From assembly GCA_004431415.1 (NCBI GenBank), contig QPMI01000113.1, positions 124,001 through 188,000 of the forward strand: a stretch of DNA of 64,000 bases. The letters run 5' to 3'. Made by a program: the position numbers and the translations under genes. The DNA is from Cyanophora paradoxa CCMP329. Lineage: Eukaryota > Plantae > Glaucophyta. The notes beneath the pieces were generated by a model, which searched no databases, was not told the DNA's origin, and saw only the letters and a program-made list of their open reading frames with translations. Below, in pieces: positions 58,488 to 64,000 of the stretch (within the stretch, counting starts at the first letter, position 1; each line of letters opens with the position of its first letter).

Positions 58488-59318
58488 ATGGCTGATGCCG
58501 TCGAAAGAATTGTCGCACCGACGCTGACCCTAGCAGCCCCCGCTAACCACGTTCTGCAACATGCTGTTAGCGACGACATAGCTGGGTTTGAATCGACAGA
58601 GCAAACCCCGACATTAAACACGTTCAGGGACAATCACATTCTGAGATTAGGGGAGCTGCGTTGCGATAAAAACGGGGGCAAAATCAAAACGACGTCCTTA
58701 ATGGTTTCCAATTCCAATTTCAATTCCGCCTACGGAGCTGCCGATTCTTGGGATTCAGCGAACCCAATTCATACGTTCGTTTACGCCGAACGCAAAGGGG
58801 CTCTCACTGTGAGGTCCGGAGGGGCATATATCGGCTCCGGCCTTAGGGTAGGCGGTTGCATCGGGGCCCCTATTCTAGTAAATGACGCTCCTAATCCAAT
58901 CGATGAAAATACTAGAATTAGGACCTACGTTCCCTCCTTTAATGCCCCTCTAGTTTGCTCTATCTTCATGATCATAGCGAATCCTCAAACCGCTCAAATT
59001 GATAGCTTGGTCGAAATTGGCGATCATTATCGTATGGTCGTTGAGATACCCCCTGATCTATACGGAGTCTGTAAGCGCAATGACGGGGTCCCTCGAATCA
59101 CCGCCCAAATAGTCCCTATAGATAACTTCGGTTCCGGCTTTCATGCGCAATCGATCGGTTTGTTGGATTATCAGTTCCTTGTGCGCGTCACTAGGCTAGG
59201 CAGCTATAAATGTATCCTGTACTGCGAGCGCAACGATGCTATAGCTAATGCTCACCGGTACGCGGAGTATGTGGGATCCAATCGCTACTTCCCAGTTCAA
59301 CAAGACATTGATCCCTAG
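58488..59318 (+). CDS. Hypothetical virion protein, paralog 2
   Basis: Collinear with the upstream paralog; GALTVRSGGAYIGSGLRVGG resembles fibre-shaft motifs. Confidence 0.65.
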   Translation: MADAVERIVAPTLTLAAPANHVLQHAVSDDIAGFESTEQTPTLNTFRDNHILRLGELRCDKNGGKIKTTSLMVSNSNFNSAYGAADSWDSANPIHTFVYAERKGALTVRSGGAYIGSGLRVGGCIGAPILVNDAPNPIDENTRIRTYVPSFNAPLVCSIFMIIANPQTAQIDSLVEIGDHYRMVVEIPPDLYGVCKRNDGVPRITAQIVPIDNFGSGFHAQSIGLLDYQFLVRVTRLGSYKCILYCERNDAIANAHRYAEYVGSNRYFPVQQDIDP

Positions 59319-59399
59319 GACGCAAGTGGTAGAGTCGTGGTGGAGCCGTGGTAGAGCCATCTAGCTACGTTTTCGTTTTTAATACCTCTCTAGCTATTG

Positions 59400-59732
59400 A
59401 TGGACTTCATCAAGAAGATAATCGACATGTTTCGAGTGCACGTCGTCAGCAAGTGCAAGTGCGAGTGCTGTGAAACAACGATCGAAATTGAGTTCTCGGA
59501 TACCGAAGGGAGTCGTACGCCTGAAGCAAGATCCCGAAATAATACACCTGTATCGTCACGATCAAACTCCCCTGTTAGCGGACGTGAATCGCCTGTAGAG
59601 CTACAGCTGCACGATGTCGATGGCAGACGCCTCTCATGGCCGGTGATCGCGCGATCGGATTCACCCGCGCCACGAAAACGGTCGCTAATCAAACTCTTGT
59701 TTGCTAAGCAGCGAGAAGGGCTTGCTGACTAG
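59400..59732 (+). CDS. Small protein with an N-terminal amphipathic segment, a Cys cluster and an SP/R-rich tail
   Basis: MDFIKKIIDMF…SKCKCECC. Confidence 0.5.
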   Translation: MDFIKKIIDMFRVHVVSKCKCECCETTIEIEFSDTEGSRTPEARSRNNTPVSSRSNSPVSGRESPVELQLHDVDGRRLSWPVIARSDSPAPRKRSLIKLLFAKQREGLAD

Positions 59733-59781
59733 CTCACCACCATCACCGATATAGCGATATTAAGTCATGCCATCACCACAC

Positions 59782-60129
59782 GCAATCGACTAAGCATGAA
59801 CCTGAATTAACTAATCGAGATAGCCTCAGACCTTACGCAAACTCGGAGGTTAATCTCCTGAAATCGTAAACGGTTCAGCTTCAGACCGCACGCAGGGGGG
59901 CCGTGCTAATAACCTGAATTATCTAATCGAGTTAGCCTCAGACCGCACGCAAGGGGGCCGTGCTCATTGCTCAGATGATGCTCAGATTACACAGCGATAT
60001 CAAAACAGACGTAAAAACAGTTTCGCTTCAGATTCAATTCAGAGGTAGCTAAATGAGCAAGGACCGGGGCCGCTGCGCGATAGGGGGTGGAGCGGAGCGG
60101 CGATTTGGGAGGTCCTTGCTCGTACAACA
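59782..60129 (-). repeat. Right TIR region of element 2
   Basis: Inverted counterpart of 42766-43267, lacking ~170 bp that is present on the left. Confidence 0.9.
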
Positions 60130-63100
60130 TCCGTCTCAGAGACTTGCCAGACTCGGTCTGCCAAGGCAACGTCTTCGGAATCCCTAAGAACGGAGAGTGG
60201 GACGGGGATATTGATAATAACCTGCGGCCAATTACACTCCAAGAGGTAGCCCTGAAACTCACCACGGGCCTCCTCAATGAGCGCCTGTCCCGGACAATCC
60301 ATCAGAACGGGCTGCTGAAGGGTGCGAACTACGGGTTCAGACCTGGATGCTCCACGGACGACGCCCTACACGTCTTCAACGCTATGCTCGAGGACGCAAA
60401 GCAGTTCAAGAAGCCCATCTACGTCCTGCTGCAGGATATCAGGCGCGCGTACGACTCGGTATCGTGGGAGAGCATGGAGCTCTCGATGCGGAGGCTGTGC
60501 ATACCGGAAGGGTACATCGAACTCCACAGGAACATCTTCCGCCGGCGCCGAGCCAGGGCGATCTTGGGGCACGGCCTCTCTGATGAATTCGAGCTTGAGT
60601 GCGGCCTCCCGCAGGGCGGCGTCGAATCGCCACTGCACTGGCTGATCTTCTACGACGCGCTCCTCTGCGCGCAAGAGAGAATGGACGAAATTGAGCGTCA
60701 GGACAGCCGGGCTAGCTCGGTGGCAGGCTGGCTGCAGTCGGGGACGGGTACGGCTTACGTGATGGGGGACCCCAAAGAGAAGAGCCAGGCCGAGCTTGGT
60801 CGGCGAGCACGGGTCTGCGGGCTGGCGTACGCAGACGATACGAAGTGGGCGAGCAGCAGCCTGGCGGGGCTGCAAATAATGGCTGACGTGGCAGGCGAGT
60901 TCTTCCGCCTGCACGATATCGAAGTCAATGCAAAGAAAACGATCTTCACGTGGAACAACGCCCCCCGCGAGTTTGAGAGCGTCGCGGGGGCGCACCCCGC
61001 CGCGAAGAAGAAGGAGAAGAAACCGGCGCCGCCGCGCATAAACGGTACCCCCGTCGGGGTGGTCCTTGAGCCCCACGAACACTTCAAGCTCCTCGGAGTG
61101 TACATGAGCGCGAACCTCAACTGGGGGCGGCAGTGGCAGTACGTACGCGATCAGGCACGCAACGCCGTGAAGACGATTGAACGCAAAAAGCTCACCGCAA
61201 ACGAGGCATGCTACCTGGTGCAGGCCGTGGTGCAGGCACGTATCGCTTACGGCCTGAAGCTGATGACGATGGACGATCAGCAGTGCAAAGAGCTGGATAG
61301 GATATGGATGCGGGTAGTAAAGCACCATGCGCACCTAGCCTCATCGACGACGAACTACGTGATCTGGAGTCACGGGGGGTACAGCCTCAAGCGCACCGAG
61401 CACCTGCAGGCGGAGGTTCAGATCGCGGAAGCGCAGATCCGCCTGTGCGCACCGGAAGACTCGTTGCTGGCCCGCGTCGTCCGTCACCGTGTGCGGGCCC
61501 TCCAGGAGAAGCTGGGGGTACCGTTGCTCCCGACCGAATTCCTGAACGCCCCCGTCTCGAGAGATGACGTTCGAACGAACTGCCTGGCGGCGCTAATGCC
61601 CCAGATGCAGCGGCGTCAGTACAGGCTGATGTCAAATCACGAGCGCTACGCCGCTTTCCGGCAAGTACCGGGGCGGAGCCGTGGCCGGAGCCGGCACGGT
61701 TGGATAGGCGCTTCGTCCTGGCGTGGCACATCCCGCGCTCGATTTTCAGGGAAGCAGCGCCCAAGCTCTACGCTGCTGGGGTGGTCACAATGGACGCGGT
61801 GACGGCGGCGGACGGGGCCACCGTGCGAACCTGGCAGGACATGTACATGCGGGCCCCCAGAGAGACGCTCCCACGGGCTGAACCTGCGTGGTGGCGAGTG
61901 CTCAGGGAAGCCATCACGAGTGACGGACAACAGCTACAGTACCCCATGAGGAAGGCGGGCACGCGGCCCTCACCGATGGCCGCCCTGGCAGCTGGGGCCC
62001 GGCAAGTAAGATGGGAGAAGGATGCCTTCGTGGCAGTGTTCGACACGGCGAACCTGCACGAGGATGAGGCGCTGCCCATGGTGGGACGGGTCGCGAACTG
62101 GCGCTCAGAGGCGGGCAGCATACGCGCGTACCAGTACCTCCTGCAGCACTGGGTGCCAGTGCCCGACGCGGCCGATCCGAACGCCGAGGGCGCAGGCCTG
62201 TACTGTCGCTGCGACGGGCACTGTCAGAAAACGGAACCCAAGAAACGCAAACGAACGTACACGGCGATCCAGGGAAGCGGAAAGAACTACTGGCACCGCG
62301 ACGCGCGATGCGAACATGCCGATCCGAGCCAGTGCACCGAGATGAGCCAATGCGACGGACCCTGGGCAGAGGGTCAGGGCTGGTGGGAAGACGAGGATGC
62401 CCTCCTCGGACTGACCGGCGAGGTACTCGAGGAACCTATCCACATCACCAGGTCGGACACGGCTGGCGGCGGCCAGACGACGGCGTCAAAAAGAGGGCGC
62501 AAGCAGACCCACACGGGCCCGACCCTTGCGTACTTTGACCCCGGCCTGCTGGACGAGCGGAAGCGCCAGCAACTGCTCCTCCTCGCCCGAGTGAAAGCAG
62601 TCCAAGATGGAGATGAGCGGTTCCTCCGCAGCGCCCTACTCCCCGAGGCGGAAGCGGAGCTGCAAACAGCACTCGAGACGGCGTCGGCGGCGGAGCCGAG
62701 GGCCGAACCGCTGGACGAGGCGCCGCCCGTTTCAAACCCCGCGAACTGAGAGATTTGTATCAGGCGAGCTTCGGGCCTGAGACTTGGAGCGAGCAGGACG
62801 GCCAGTACTGGCAGCACGCACTCGCGCTCTGGGAGACGATCGAGAAGTACGAGCTCGAGAAACACGGTAGCGCGCATCCGAGGTTGCTGAACATATGGAC
62901 GGATGGGAGCCTATTCCAGGGTCAGACGGAAAGCGCGCACGCGGGCTACGGCATTGTGATACCTGCGACCGCTGCGGACGGCGAGCGGCTGAACCCGGAC
63001 GAGGCTGCGACCGAATGCCTCGGCCGGCTCCGAGGACTCCAGGAGATCAATAAAGCTGAACTCCAAGCGGCGATCGTGGCAGACGTACTGGCACCGAACG

Positions 63101-64000
63101 GGATGCGCCTGCACACGGACAGTCAAAACGTCTGCACGTGGTACCAGAAGTTTGTGCGGAACGCACACCAGCAGCACGCGCGCGACTACGTCAGACACCC
63201 CTGCAACGCAGAGCTGTATGCGTGGTCGCGCTTCCGAGCCCTGATGCAACACCGGGAACACCGAAGAGCGGTGGCGCTCGTCAAGGTCAAGGCCCACAGC
63301 AAGAAGGAACCCCTCCACGAACTGAACGACGCGGCTGACAAGGCGGCCAAACGGGCGGCCAAGCTCGAGCCGCAGCCGCCAAACACGCTGACAGAGGACA
63401 TCTTCCTGCCGCCCGCTTTCAGCATGCCGGCGGTGCTGACGATCGAAGGGCCAGACAGAATAGTGCGGCGGGTGGAAGGCGACCCCCGGCGACACGCTGC
63501 TGTGCTGCACGCGCACCACACTCACTTTGCCTGGGAGAACCAGCTGAACGCGGGGGAATGGCTACGAGCGCCGGTGGACCACGGCGCAGTGTATGATCAG
63601 ATGGCAATGGGACCCCGCCGCGTCGCGGTGAGCCAAGAGAGCAACGGCTTCCGGGGTACCCACGCGAAGCTCGTACTGGGTACGGTGGCTACAGCGACGG
63701 TCCGCAAACGAGATGCGCCCGAGCTCTACAGTGAGATAAACCCCGGGGGGTTCTGCGCCCTCTGCAGCGTACGCCAGACCGATAGCGAGGGCCGGCCCCG
63801 GCTCGTGGCTGGTCCCGTGGAGACGCTCGAACATGCCCTCTCCTGCCCCAGCGCGCCAGCGGTAGCGGCACGCGCGGAAGCAGAAGCCAAAATAGCAGAG
63901 GTAGTCGCCAGCGAGCTACCGGAGGCGCTCAAGCGGACGGTACCGCACGCGCTTGCTACGTCTCTGAAAGTCACGCGCGTGGCTGACCTGACGCTCACAC
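60130..64000 (+). mobile_element. LINE ORF2, 3' part: reverse transcriptase, RNase H and CCHC finger; frameshifted, continues past the window
   Basis: LRPITL, YGFRPG, QDIRRAYDSV, GLPQG…SP, AYADD; RNase H ~62890-63365 (WTDGS, NKAEL, HTDSQ, KAH, NDAAD); CALC…ETLEHALSC ~63750-63846. Confidence 0.93.

Larger units (their letters stand above)
42766..60129. mobile_element. Apparently complete endogenous Polinton-like virus, element 2 (17,364 bp)
   Basis: TGTTGTA…TACAACA termini; TSD TCCGTC at 42760-42765 and 60130-60135; pPolB, integrase, ATPase and capsid genes. Excision restores LINE codons E-T-I-R-L-R-D. Confidence 0.95.

Noticed and set aside
60087-61802. RT ORF as a gene of the virus
   Set aside because: Only its first ~14 codons lie in the TIR. 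The rest continues the interrupted LINE ORF2.

Overview
Eukaryotic (protist or algal-type) genomic window. A very GC-rich host gene block (~12.7-37.4 kb) has many ~55-65 nt introns, some of them GC-AG. It includes a PHD+FHA protein, ATG101, a METTL21-family methyltransferase, a multi-EF-hand protein and a 2OG-Fe(II) oxygenase. Two distinct endogenous Polinton-like viruses (PLVs) flank this block. Element 1 (window start to ~7-9 kb, left end outside the window) carries a RING protein, a protein-primed PolB with eroded exonuclease motifs, a DUF5710-like protein and an rve integrase. ACTACGC iteron palindromes lie nearby. Element 2 is apparently complete (42766-60129, 17.4 kb), with TG...CA ends, a 6-bp TCCGTC target-site duplication (TSD) and unusual TIRs. 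It encodes pPolB, integrase, HNH-AP2, an A32 packaging ATPase, a major capsid protein, two divergent pentons, a patatin phospholipase with a discoidin-like tail and a phage-like fibre module, but no recognisable protease. It is inserted in the ORF2 (APE-RT-RNase H-CCHC) of a LINE. A five-intron ORF1-like gene lies upstream of that ORF2 in the opposite orientation, possibly through a 2.9-kb inversion between CTAG sites. Also present are two hAT MITEs with 8-bp TSDs, another MITE, and a 926-bp insertion with a 16-bp TSD that disrupts the oxygenase. All family calls come from motif recognition by eye; no searches were run.
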